Shown: in pieces, positions 27,630 through 36,094 of the stretch
Layout: the number at the start of each line of letters is the position of its first letter
How positions within the stretch are numbered: the first letter of the stretch is position 1
Source of the DNA: an uncultured Myxococcales bacterium
GTDB lineage: Bacteria; Myxococcota; B64-G9
Direction: 5' to 3'
DNA: 53,743 nucleotides
NCBI GenBank assembly: GCA_964431605.1
Contig: CAYSLH010000004.1
Span: forward strand, 1-53,743
The notes under the pieces: generated by a model
Database searches by the model: none
What the model saw: only the letters and a program-made list of their open reading frames with translations
Told to the model about the DNA's origin: nothing
Position numbers and translations under genes: made by a program

Positions 27630-29146
27630 TCAGGGTCCCAACAGCACCTGAAACCTAAATCCGTATTCTCCATCGTTGGACTATTGCACCACCACCCGTT
27701 CATGGGCCAGCCGCAGTGATACATGAAATCTATGGTCTCTTCCTGGTTTGGATCGTTCATGTCACATTCCTCACCCTCATAGGAGCAGTACCATGATCCT
27801 CCCTGAATTCCTTTATAGGAGCTGTTCCACTTGCAAACATCCGAGACCCATTCCCAGAGATTTCCGCTCATGTCGTACTCTCCTCCGACCGTCACACAAT
27901 CGGTCATGCTTCCCGTAGGAACCACGCCTCCGTTACCCGTAGCCCAGGTATTGCAAATATCCGGGATGAAAACCTCACCGTACGGATAATCCAGGTACAA
28001 TGGACCACCACAAGCCTGGGCATATTCTTCCTTTGTGCAAAGACGCTTTCCCTGCGCGGCACAAGCTACACTAGCCTGGTACCATGTAATATTACTCGAA
28101 GGTATGACACCTGGCAGAGAACAAGCGTAGTATGTTTTACCACCAGTTGCTGGATTGTCTGGAAAATCCGGTGGGTAGTCGTCCCAATAAGACTGTCCAA
28201 AAAAAGGCCCTGTACAGTCAGCACTGGCAGAGACTACATTTTCATATGCATCGACCCAGACATTGAAAAAGGGATGCTTGACCATGCATCCGCCAGGCTC
28301 ATCCACCAGTCCGTTGCAGTTGTTATCCAATCCGTCGGAACTCTCCGGCCCAACCTCGCACCGATCAATCGGTTGTACTCCTTCGTCCGTTTGTCCATCG
28401 CAATCGTTATCCAACAAATCGCACCTGGTCTCGTCACCTTCCTGGTAAGAACTTCCATAATCACATTCTGTCCAACCCTGTCCCCTGACACACTGCCTCT
28501 GTGTGCCGGCACATACTCCTTGCTGAAGAGGACAATCCTGGATATCGAGTTCCTCGTCTATCTGACCGTCACAGTCGTCATCGACGCCGTTGCAGTCCTC
28601 CTCCCTGGGCTCCAGGGCATCACAGGCCCACTTGCCATCCGTACACCTCTGATGTCCCTCACACGCACCAATCTGGTTTTGCCTGGTACATGCATCTCCC
28701 ACCAGGTCTTCGTCTGTCTGACCGTCACAGTCGTCATCTACACCGTTGCAGTCCTCCTCCTTGGGCTCCGGAGCATCACAGGCCCACTTGCCATCCGTAC
28801 ACCTCTGATGTCCCTCACACGCACCAATCTGGTTTTGCCTGGTACATGCATCTCCCACCAGCTCCTCGTCCGTGTCCCCGTCACAGTCGTTATCGACCCC
28901 ATCGCATTGTTCCACTCCCCCGGCCGTAGGGGTACACTCCCTGACACACTTTCCCCTCGTGGAACAAACATAACCATCTCTACACTGGGAGTCGAAAGTA
29001 CAATCGAAAATACATTCAGATGTGGCCACCAAGCAGTATCTTCCAGATGGACAATCCTCATCACCACTACAGCCTTTGTCAGGGTTAGAACACGATGAGA
29101 CCAACAGGAACAAAGAAACAAACGCACCGAGTAAAAATCTCACCAT
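27626..29146 (-). CDS. lipoprotein with MopE-like Cys-rich repeats and a C-terminal FGE-sulfatase (SUMF1-type) domain
   Basis: Lipobox LLVSSC. Repeated CDGVDNDCDGxTDE...C motifs. The C-terminal domain has GNLWEWVSD and GGSW... segments typical of formylglycine-generating-enzyme family proteins. Confidence 0.75.
   Translation of the reverse strand: MVRFLLGAFVSLFLLVSSCSNPDKGCSGDEDCPSGRYCLVATSECIFDCTFDSQCRDGYVCSTRGKCVRECTPTAGGVEQCDGVDNDCDGDTDEELVGDACTRQNQIGACEGHQRCTDGKWACDAPEPKEEDCNGVDDDCDGQTDEDLVGDACTRQNQIGACEGHQRCTDGKWACDALEPREEDCNGVDDDCDGQIDEELDIQDCPLQQGVCAGTQRQCVRGQGWTECDYGSSYQEGDETRCDLLDNDCDGQTDEGVQPIDRCEVGPESSDGLDNNCNGLVDEPGGCMVKHPFFNVWVDAYENVVSASADCTGPFFGQSYWDDYPPDFPDNPATGGKTYYACSLPGVIPSSNITWYQASVACAAQGKRLCTKEEYAQACGGPLYLDYPYGEVFIPDICNTWATGNGGVVPTGSMTDCVTVGGEYDMSGNLWEWVSDVCKWNSSYKGIQGGSWYCSYEGEECDMNDPNQEETIDFMYHCGWPMNGWWCNSPTMENTDLGFRCCWDPD
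28562..28873. repeat. 156-bp (52-codon) tandem duplication inside the Cys-rich lipoprotein gene
   Basis: Unit 1 starts at 28562 and unit 2 at 28718. The 89-nt cores are identical (28617-28705 = 28773-28861), and there are only 5 mismatches in the preceding 55 nt. A third diverged partial unit follows. Confidence 0.9.
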
Positions 29147-29197
29147 ATTTTCTCAGCCTCCAGGTTTTATCTTAGCACAGTTTTTTGCTTGTGAGGA

Positions 29198-30652
29198 TCA
29201 ACCACGGATCCTGAACTTTACACCTAACTCCTGCGCGATTTTTGCAGCCTTTCTGTCATCTACCCCTGTATCTGCGACAACGGTTGCAGTGACATCATCA
29301 TACAATTGCGAACATCTTCTAACGAAGTCCACAACCGCTGCAAATGCTTCCATTCCGTACCTGTTGGGACAAATGCCGTCATGGGTTTTAGCATCGTGGG
29401 CATTGAGGCTGATACTGAATGCGTCAACAGAATCTCTCAACTCGAAAGCCACATCCCTTCCATGCACCAAGTTGGCCAATCCGTCCGTGTTCACCCTCAC
29501 CCTCAAGCCCCTGGACCTTATAGCCCTGCCCACCTGTGCAACCAACCGGGGTCTAAGGAGTGGTTCTCCCAAACCGCAAAAGACGACTTCTGACGTGGGT
29601 TCTTTTGCCAGTTGCTTTTCAGCAGCGGCTAAAACCTGTTCAGCATCAGGTTCCACTTGCAATCCCAGTTTGTATCCTCCCAACTCATAGCCTGAATTCT
29701 TTATGCAGAACCTGCATCCCATGGTGCACCTGTTGGTAATGTTCAGATACAAAGAATTCTTGAACCTATAGGCGATGGCGCCTGGTCGCGCTTTCTCGCG
29801 ATCAGCCATTCCAAACAAACGCCTTGCGTTTTCGCTGGTCACATGCCCTACCTCATTTTCATCCACACCCTTGACCCTCGCAAGTTCCCTTGCCACCTCT
29901 ATTACAAAAGACGGTTCGTTGCGTTTTCCGCGGTGTGGTACAGGGGCCAGGTATGGGCTGTCTGTCTCCACCACAAGCCGATCGATGGGAATGTCCCTTA
30001 CGATTTCGCGAAGAGACGAAGCGCTTGGAAAAGTAAGTATTCCCGTCAGGCCGAAGTAAAACCCCATGTCGAGGGCTGCTTCAGCCAAAACAGGGTCCCC
30101 GGAAAAACAATGTATCACGCCTCCCACACGCTGTGCGTGTTCTTCTCGCAGAATCCGAGCCACCTCTTGCTCGGCAGAACGAGCATGAATCACCAGGGGC
30201 AGATTCAGCTTTACAGCCATTCGAACCGATTGCCTGAACAACTCCCGCTGCAACTCCCTGGCAGAGTGATCATAATAAAAATCAAGCCCCACCTCCCCGA
30301 TGGCCACCACCTTTGGATGCAAGGCCAGTGAACTCAACCGCGAAAAAACCTGTCTCCGCCTCGTCTCCCACTTCTGTTTTACAGATGGGCTTATGCTTTT
30401 TACAGGATCACCGGATCTATCAACGCCCAAATTGGCATCATGTGGATGAACACCAACTGCAGCCCAAATCCTCTCTTGTGCAGCTGCAATGGATACTGCG
30501 CTGAAATTGCCTTCGACCCCGTCGCCTGAACCAATGGTTACGATATTTCGAACTCCAACGTTCCAGGCCCTTTCGAGTACCTCGTTGCGATCCTCGTCGA
30601 ATTTACCGAAATCGAGGTGCGCATGGCTATCCACCAATTCCATCCGGTTCAT
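29198..30652 (-). CDS. fusion protein: TatD-family metal-dependent DNase/hydrolase + radical SAM domain
   Basis: The N-terminal about 280 aa is TatD (VDSHAHLDF..., GEVGLDFYY, VIHARSA, HCFSG, ETDSPYLAP). The C-terminal about 200 aa carries LYLNITNRCTMGCRFC (CX3CX2C, nt about 29705-29728) and GLGEPLL. ATG at 30652; the track extends to 30703. Confidence 0.8.
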   Translation of the reverse strand: MNRMELVDSHAHLDFGKFDEDRNEVLERAWNVGVRNIVTIGSGDGVEGNFSAVSIAAAQERIWAAVGVHPHDANLGVDRSGDPVKSISPSVKQKWETRRRQVFSRLSSLALHPKVVAIGEVGLDFYYDHSARELQRELFRQSVRMAVKLNLPLVIHARSAEQEVARILREEHAQRVGGVIHCFSGDPVLAEAALDMGFYFGLTGILTFPSASSLREIVRDIPIDRLVVETDSPYLAPVPHRGKRNEPSFVIEVARELARVKGVDENEVGHVTSENARRLFGMADREKARPGAIAYRFKNSLYLNITNRCTMGCRFCIKNSGYELGGYKLGLQVEPDAEQVLAAAEKQLAKEPTSEVVFCGLGEPLLRPRLVAQVGRAIRSRGLRVRVNTDGLANLVHGRDVAFELRDSVDAFSISLNAHDAKTHDGICPNRYGMEAFAAVVDFVRRCSQLYDDVTATVVADTGVDDRKAAKIAQELGVKFRIRG

Positions 30653-30722
30653 TTCACCATCACCTTCGTGTGCTATACATGACGCCAAAAGCACGCGCCA
30701 CAAGGGCTCTCAATTGCTAGCC

Positions 30723-31388
30723 CTATTTTTTTCGCCAAAGACTTAGTACGGACTGAGCCTCTTTTGCCAATTGTTCGTCTTCCTGCTCACTCGCCACCCT
30801 CTCCAGCAAAGGCTGTGCTTTGCGATCATCCAGTGCTGCAAGGCCCCGCAATGCATCCATCCTCTGAGGATCATCCGGGTTTGCCAACACCGCCTGTAGC
30901 CGGTCCAGAGCACCAGCCGCACTCAGCCGACCCAGCAGTTCCAGGGCCAATCCCCGCTCCTCCGGTTTGGAAGACAACGTTCTTTGCTCTATATACAAAA
31001 GCGAAGACTCATCCCCGGAGCTGAACATCGCCGCAGCTGCCTGCAATCGCTCCAGGGGATGCAAGAAACGTCTTTTTGAAAAGTTCCTTATGCCTTCGAG
31101 AGCAGCAGCAGAACCCAACTCGGTCAATGACTGTAACGCCATGAAACACAAATCCCTCTGTCTCAGTGCATCCAACAAGACTTCCACACCGGACTCATCA
31201 CCCAACCAGGCCAAGGCAGATGCCGCTTTGAATCTCACCACCCAGTCACGGTCTTCCAATAGTGGACGAAGCCTGTCGGCAAGTCCGCTGAGGCCCAACT
31301 CCATCAAAGTTTCTATGGCTCTGCCACGAACAACGGCATCATCACTGTCTAAGGCATCAATGGCCTGTTGAACATTTTCCGAAACCAT
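30723..31388 (-). CDS. HEAT-repeat (PBS-lyase-like) protein
   Basis: ATG at 31388 is preceded by AGAGAGG. Reiterated D..VR..A...L motifs (DSDDAVVRGRAIETL, DRDWVVRFKAASALAWL, ...). The track extension to 31493 would overlap metG. Confidence 0.65.
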   Translation of the reverse strand: MVSENVQQAIDALDSDDAVVRGRAIETLMELGLSGLADRLRPLLEDRDWVVRFKAASALAWLGDESGVEVLLDALRQRDLCFMALQSLTELGSAAALEGIRNFSKRRFLHPLERLQAAAAMFSSGDESSLLYIEQRTLSSKPEERGLALELLGRLSAAGALDRLQAVLANPDDPQRMDALRGLAALDDRKAQPLLERVASEQEDEQLAKEAQSVLSLWRKK

Positions 31389-31489
31389 CCTGACCTCTCT
31401 TTTTGTCCCATACCCTGACAGAAATGATGCCTGTGGACTGCAAGATACCTTGACTGATAAACGAAGGGAAAAAGCTCCAGCACCGAACC

Positions 31490-33430
31490 TCAATGAACCG
31501 ACTCACCACCAGGTAAATCTCCGTCAAATTGGGCAACCACCACGTTTTCACCACCAGGACCTGCTGCCATGACCATACCCTGGGATTCGACACCCATGAG
31601 CTTTACTGGCGCCAGGTTGGCCACTATCAGCAAACGTTTGCCAACCAACTCCTCCGGGGTATATGCCTGTCCGATTCCAGCGACTATCTGTCTGAGTTCA
31701 TCTTCTCCGAGATCTACCATTATTTTCAAGAGCTTCTTGCTCTTAGGGATTCTATCGACTTTCTTGACCAGGCCTACCCTCAAGTCCACTTTTTTCAAAT
31801 CATCTATATTTATCATCTTTTCCTCCTCCACCTGCGCAGTCTCCGTTTCATCCACAGTTTCAGTAAACTGAGAGATGAGTGCTTGTGCTCTGTCAGGTTC
31901 TATCCTGGGGAATAGAGCCGGGCCCTTTTTTACTATTGTTCCCACCGGCAAACCACCCCACTGCCGAATGCTTTTGCGTTTCGTATCCTTTTCATCCCCG
32001 TCCAGGCCCAGTTGCTCGCACATGGCGTGGGCGGTATCAGGCATGAAAGGATTGAGCATTACTGCAACCCACCTGATGGATTCCAGGATATGAAATATTA
32101 CTGTACCGAGCCTTTCGCTCTCGCCATTTTTGAACAGAGTCCATGGTGCTGCCTCATCGATGTACCTATTGGAAGCTCTCACCAAATCCCAAATGCTCAC
32201 AAGCGCCTTGTGGAATGAATAGTGTTCCAAGTGCTCGGCAGACTCTTTTGCAGAAGCAAGGGCCGTATCCACGAGTCTCTTATCCAGGTCGTTCTGGGCA
32301 CCGTGTTGTGGCACCACAGAATCCGTGTACTTCACTGCCATGGTAACAGAGCGCCTCAATAGATTCCCCAGGTCGTTTGCCAACTCTGCGTTTATTCGAC
32401 CGATGATGGCGCTGTGTGAAAAATCTCCATCCAGTCCGAAAGGGACTTCTCTCAACAGGAAATATCTCACCGGGTCTTTTCCATAAGCATCGATGAGAGA
32501 GTGGGGCTCAACCACGTTGCGAAGGCTTTTGGACATCTTTTCACCTTCGACTGTCCACCACCCGTGAGCATAGACTGTTTTGGGCAGAGGTAATCCGGCA
32601 CTCATGAGCAGAGTGGGCCAATAGACAGCATGAAACCTCAAGATATCCTTACCGATGAGGTGTACCGCAGGCCAAAACTGCTCGAACAACCGTCCTCCAC
32701 TCGAACTTCCATCCCAATCGAGTCCTGATATGTAGTTAGTTAAAGCATCGATCCAGACGTATATGACATGCTCAGGATCGCCGGGAACAGGAATGCCCCA
32801 ATCGAAAGAGGTCCTGGACACGCTCAAGTCCCGAAGGCCATCCCGTACAAAGGAGACTATCTCGTTCTTCCTGATCTGGGGCTGGATGAACTCAGGATGC
32901 TTTTCTATATGATCGAGCAAGGGCTGGGCGTATTTGGACATCCTGAAGAAGTAACTCTTCTCCTGGAGCCTCTCCAGAGGACTGTTGTGTATGGGACACA
33001 GGTTTCCCTCGGCCATGGTAGACTCGGTGTAATATTCCTCACATCCGGTGCAGTACCAGCCCTCATAACTGCCCAGATAGATATCGCCATTATCGACGAC
33101 CCTTTTCCAAATGCGCTGTACCACCTCGGCATGCCTTTGCTGTGTGGTACGTATGAAATCGTCAAAACCAATTCCAAGCCTGTCCCACAGGACACGAAAT
33201 CTTTCTACTACCTGGTCTGCCAACTCTATGGGTCTAAGCCCCTGGGCCCTAGATGCTTTGTAGATCTTCTGTCCATGCTCATCGGTACCGGTTAGAAACC
33301 TCGTTCGATGATCCTGTGACCTGTGATAGCGGGCCAGCACATCAGCAGCGATGGTGGTGTATGCATGGCCGATGTGCGGAACGTCATTGACATAGTAAAT
33401 GGGTGTTGTGACATAGAAAGAATCAGACAT
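31490..33430 (-). CDS. metG: methionine--tRNA ligase
   Basis: HIGH motif (PHIGHAYT), KMSKS motif (KMSKSLRN), a Cys knuckle region, and a C-terminal EMAP/Trbp111-like tRNA-binding domain. Confidence 0.96.
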   Translation of the reverse strand: MSDSFYVTTPIYYVNDVPHIGHAYTTIAADVLARYHRSQDHRTRFLTGTDEHGQKIYKASRAQGLRPIELADQVVERFRVLWDRLGIGFDDFIRTTQQRHAEVVQRIWKRVVDNGDIYLGSYEGWYCTGCEEYYTESTMAEGNLCPIHNSPLERLQEKSYFFRMSKYAQPLLDHIEKHPEFIQPQIRKNEIVSFVRDGLRDLSVSRTSFDWGIPVPGDPEHVIYVWIDALTNYISGLDWDGSSSGGRLFEQFWPAVHLIGKDILRFHAVYWPTLLMSAGLPLPKTVYAHGWWTVEGEKMSKSLRNVVEPHSLIDAYGKDPVRYFLLREVPFGLDGDFSHSAIIGRINAELANDLGNLLRRSVTMAVKYTDSVVPQHGAQNDLDKRLVDTALASAKESAEHLEHYSFHKALVSIWDLVRASNRYIDEAAPWTLFKNGESERLGTVIFHILESIRWVAVMLNPFMPDTAHAMCEQLGLDGDEKDTKRKSIRQWGGLPVGTIVKKGPALFPRIEPDRAQALISQFTETVDETETAQVEEEKMINIDDLKKVDLRVGLVKKVDRIPKSKKLLKIMVDLGEDELRQIVAGIGQAYTPEELVGKRLLIVANLAPVKLMGVESQGMVMAAGPGGENVVVAQFDGDLPGGESVH

Positions 33431-33475
33431 GCTTTTTCTCCGTATTCAATCTTTTTCCGACGTAAACGTTGTGTA

Positions 33476-34816
33476 TCAGTTACCCTTGTTCTCCGACTGG
33501 TTGCCGGATTCCGATCGCGTGCTCTTACGCCTTCGCTTACGACGAGAACGTCGCCTCGGACGCCGCTTCTTTGAAGAGGACACATCGCCTGATGCGGTTT
33601 TCTGTTTTCCCTCCCCGGATTTTTCACGATCCCCGGAAGGGGGCCTGGTAGCACTATTGGCAACAGAGTCGGAAGGCTTTTTCTTACGTCTGCGTTTCCT
33701 GGATGATGCCGATTTGCCCTGTTCGGATGACTTTCTGTCGTCGCCCATCGTTGCGCCGCGTCCTCGCGAAGACTTTTTGTGCTGGCGCCTGATTGGTCGG
33801 CTGCTCCTGTCCGCCTGCTCCTGGCGGGCAGCGGCCCTGGCCTCTTGCTGAACCGCTTTTTTTAATTTTTCATCTTCCTTTGCAGGCCCTTGTTCCAATT
33901 CCAATTTGGTAAATGTGTGTAACCCACTGTCGGTACTGACCCTGATTTTGGAAGCCAGCACGTCCGAATCCAGTACCTTGCCTGGGCCCACTGGTGTATC
34001 GATGGTTTTGCCTGGTCGTGGGAATTCCTTCCGCAGGCTGTTGTATGTGTCATCCTCGTATACCAGGCAACACATGAGCCTGCCGCATAGACCGGACACC
34101 TTCTGTGGGTTTAGAGCCAAGCCCTGGTTCTTTGCCATCTTGATAGACACTGGAATGAACTTTCTCAGATACCGCGAACAGCACAGAGGCTGCCCGCAAA
34201 TGCCCACGCCACCCAACAGGCGTGCTTCGTCTCTAACCCCTATTTGTCGCATCTCGATTCGTACGTGAAGTTGCTGGGCTAAGTCCCTCACCAATGCCCT
34301 GAAATCCACCCGCCCATCGGCGGTAAAGAAAAATATCGCCTTGTTGCCGCCATGTAAAAATGCAGCCCGAACCAGCTTCATGGGTAGTTTTCGTTCGGCT
34401 ATTCGCTTGTTGCAATATTCGAAAGCTTCTTCCTCTCGTTTGGCATTTCGCCTCATGAGTAGCACATCATGAGACCCTATCTTTCGAGCGACACGGCGGA
34501 GAGGTTCAGAAGAATCATTGGGAACCATATAGCAAATCTTACCGAGGTTTAGATCCCGATCATTATTCACAACCACCGTATCACCCACAGCCAAATCCAT
34601 GGAACCGGGATCGAAATCGACCACTTTACCATCTGCCATCTTCACACCAACACGGATTTTGGGAACGTAAGGTTCCGAGTCCTGGGGCGAATCGTCATTC
34701 TGGGGAGTTTCCACAACCACGGCCGAGACCATCTCTGCGTTTTTTTCCTTAGGGGTGTCGCTAACCGCTTGGTCCGGATCGCGTTGCTTATCACTCTGAG
34801 AATCGTTATTGTTCAC
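33476..34816 (-). CDS. ricT: PSP1-domain protein (YaaT/RicT-like) with a long basic C-terminal tail
   Basis: PSP1 core (GGNKAIFFFTADGRVDFRALVRDLAQQLHVRIEMRQIGVRDEARLLGGVGICGQPLCCSRYL). Sits immediately downstream of holB, as in Firmicutes. The final about 115 aa are K/R/S-rich. Confidence 0.8.
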   Translation of the reverse strand: MNNNDSQSDKQRDPDQAVSDTPKEKNAEMVSAVVVETPQNDDSPQDSEPYVPKIRVGVKMADGKVVDFDPGSMDLAVGDTVVVNNDRDLNLGKICYMVPNDSSEPLRRVARKIGSHDVLLMRRNAKREEEAFEYCNKRIAERKLPMKLVRAAFLHGGNKAIFFFTADGRVDFRALVRDLAQQLHVRIEMRQIGVRDEARLLGGVGICGQPLCCSRYLRKFIPVSIKMAKNQGLALNPQKVSGLCGRLMCCLVYEDDTYNSLRKEFPRPGKTIDTPVGPGKVLDSDVLASKIRVSTDSGLHTFTKLELEQGPAKEDEKLKKAVQQEARAAARQEQADRSSRPIRRQHKKSSRGRGATMGDDRKSSEQGKSASSRKRRRKKKPSDSVANSATRPPSGDREKSGEGKQKTASGDVSSSKKRRPRRRSRRKRRRKSTRSESGNQSENKGN

Positions 34817-34855
34817 GTCTAATTTCTCCTGACGTTATCATTCCAAGTTCACAGA

Positions 34856-35890
34856 TCACAGCCCTTTCATCTGCAAGAGCAAATGCTCTAAAGCCATGCC
34901 TGGATTGACATTGAAACGCATGCTTTTTCTGGTGTTGCGAACCCGGTCCAACCATGTCACGAGTTCGCTCGCTTGCGCTTTTGCCCAACATCCGGTAATT
35001 TTTTCCAGGATATCTGCATTTACCATGTATTGTCTGCCGAGACCTGCGCGAAAATAAAGGACGTCTCTTATCCAAAGTTCCATGGTGTCGAGGACCTGTT
35101 CCAACCTTTGGCGTGCCCCGGAGCCTCTTCCCAGTTCCTGTCCAGCCTTGATAACATCTGCAAGATCCCCGTCAACCGCCCGACCAATCATCGCCAGATA
35201 TTCATCCCTGCCATCCAAAACCGATTCATCCGACATCTGCAAAGCCCGTTTCATACTTCCCTGGGCCATGGCCGCCAGGACCTGGGCCCTGGACTCTTCT
35301 TGTCCACGGGCAACAAGAAAATCAGTGATGAGCTTTCTGGGCAAAGGGGCAAAGCTCAATGCCTGGCAACGGGAACGAATGGTTGAAAGCAAAGACTGGG
35401 GATACGCCGTTATCATGATTATAACAGTGTCGTCCGAAGGCTCCTCGAGGGTCTTGAGGAAACGATTCTGGGCAAAAGCATTCATGAGGTGAGCATCCAC
35501 CACCACTACCACCTTCACACCACCCATGTACGGCTTGTGCCGAAAAAGTCCCGAGAGTTCTTCCAACTGTTCGTTTTTTATCTGGTTCGAAGGATTACCC
35601 TTATCCCAGTCCAGCAAACCGGCATTTACCAGGTACTCCTCTGATGCAACAATCCTGACATCCGGATGATTGTAACGCGAGATCTTCATACAGGCTTCGC
35701 AAGTGCCGCAAGGCGCTCCATCACCGGCAGTACAGTTCAATGCCTGGGCAAATGCTAACGCCACCATGCGCTTTCCCACTCCATCGGGACCGTGAAAAAG
35801 GTAAGCATGGGCAACCCGGTCAGCCTTGCGTGCCCGCTCGAGTTGCTGTACCGTCTTCTGGTGGCCCATGATTTGATCGTAGGTGCTCAA
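34856..35890 (-). CDS. holB: DNA polymerase III subunit delta'
   Basis: HAYLFHGPDGVGK, zinc module CGTCEACMKI, and the clamp-loader SRC-type region STIRSRCQ. TTG start. Confidence 0.88.
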   Translation of the reverse strand: MSTYDQIMGHQKTVQQLERARKADRVAHAYLFHGPDGVGKRMVALAFAQALNCTAGDGAPCGTCEACMKISRYNHPDVRIVASEEYLVNAGLLDWDKGNPSNQIKNEQLEELSGLFRHKPYMGGVKVVVVVDAHLMNAFAQNRFLKTLEEPSDDTVIIMITAYPQSLLSTIRSRCQALSFAPLPRKLITDFLVARGQEESRAQVLAAMAQGSMKRALQMSDESVLDGRDEYLAMIGRAVDGDLADVIKAGQELGRGSGARQRLEQVLDTMELWIRDVLYFRAGLGRQYMVNADILEKITGCWAKAQASELVTWLDRVRNTRKSMRFNVNPGMALEHLLLQMKGL

Positions 35891-35903
35891 CTCTATTCAC
35901 ACT

Positions 35904-35965
35904 CCTTTGTCTGTTTTATTATCTTTGTCCTTATTATCTTTGTCTGTTTTATCATCTCTATCATA
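35904..35965. repeat. AT-rich imperfect tandem repeats (CTTTGTC-containing 15-18 bp units) in the holB / HEAT-gene divergent region
   Basis: CTTTGTC occurs at 35905, 35923 and 35938. CTGTTTTAT occurs at 35911 and 35944. TATCTTTGTC occurs at 35920 and 35935. Confidence 0.6.
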
Positions 35966-36036
35966 CATCCGGACGGGCCATTTTCTGCCAAGGGTCCCAT
36001 GAAGTCAAAGGAAACAAGGAAGTTTGCATGGACAGA

Positions 36037-36045
36037 TGGTATAAT
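36037..36045 (+). promoter_or_regulatory. extended -10 promoter (TGGTATAAT) for the HEAT / HD-GYP / ACT operon
   Basis: Perfect TATAAT at 36040-36045 with TG at 36037-36038, about 50 nt upstream of the ATG at 36095. There is no good -35 element. Confidence 0.4.
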
Positions 36046-36094
36046 AGTATGATTCGTCTTCAGGCGTATCATGGAGTTGGGCTGGAGGACCCGC

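Noticed and set aside
28562-28873. Possible CRISPR-like or non-coding repeat array
   Set aside because: There are only 2-3 units with no unique spacers. The period is 156 bp, exactly 52 codons, and the repeat is in frame within a CDS, so it is a protein-repeat duplication.
28274-29098. 274-aa plus-strand ORF (and others) inside the Cys-rich lipoprotein gene, and 21304-21792 inside the TSP3 gene
   Set aside because: These are open frames created by the repetitive, stop-poor GAC/TGC-rich coding sequence on the opposite strand. The minus-strand products carry lipoboxes and recognisable domains.
35904-35965. oriC-like DnaA-box cluster
   Set aside because: No match to the TTATCCACA consensus is present, only TTATC fragments. 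No dnaA/dnaN context is present either. I retained it only as a generic repeat array.
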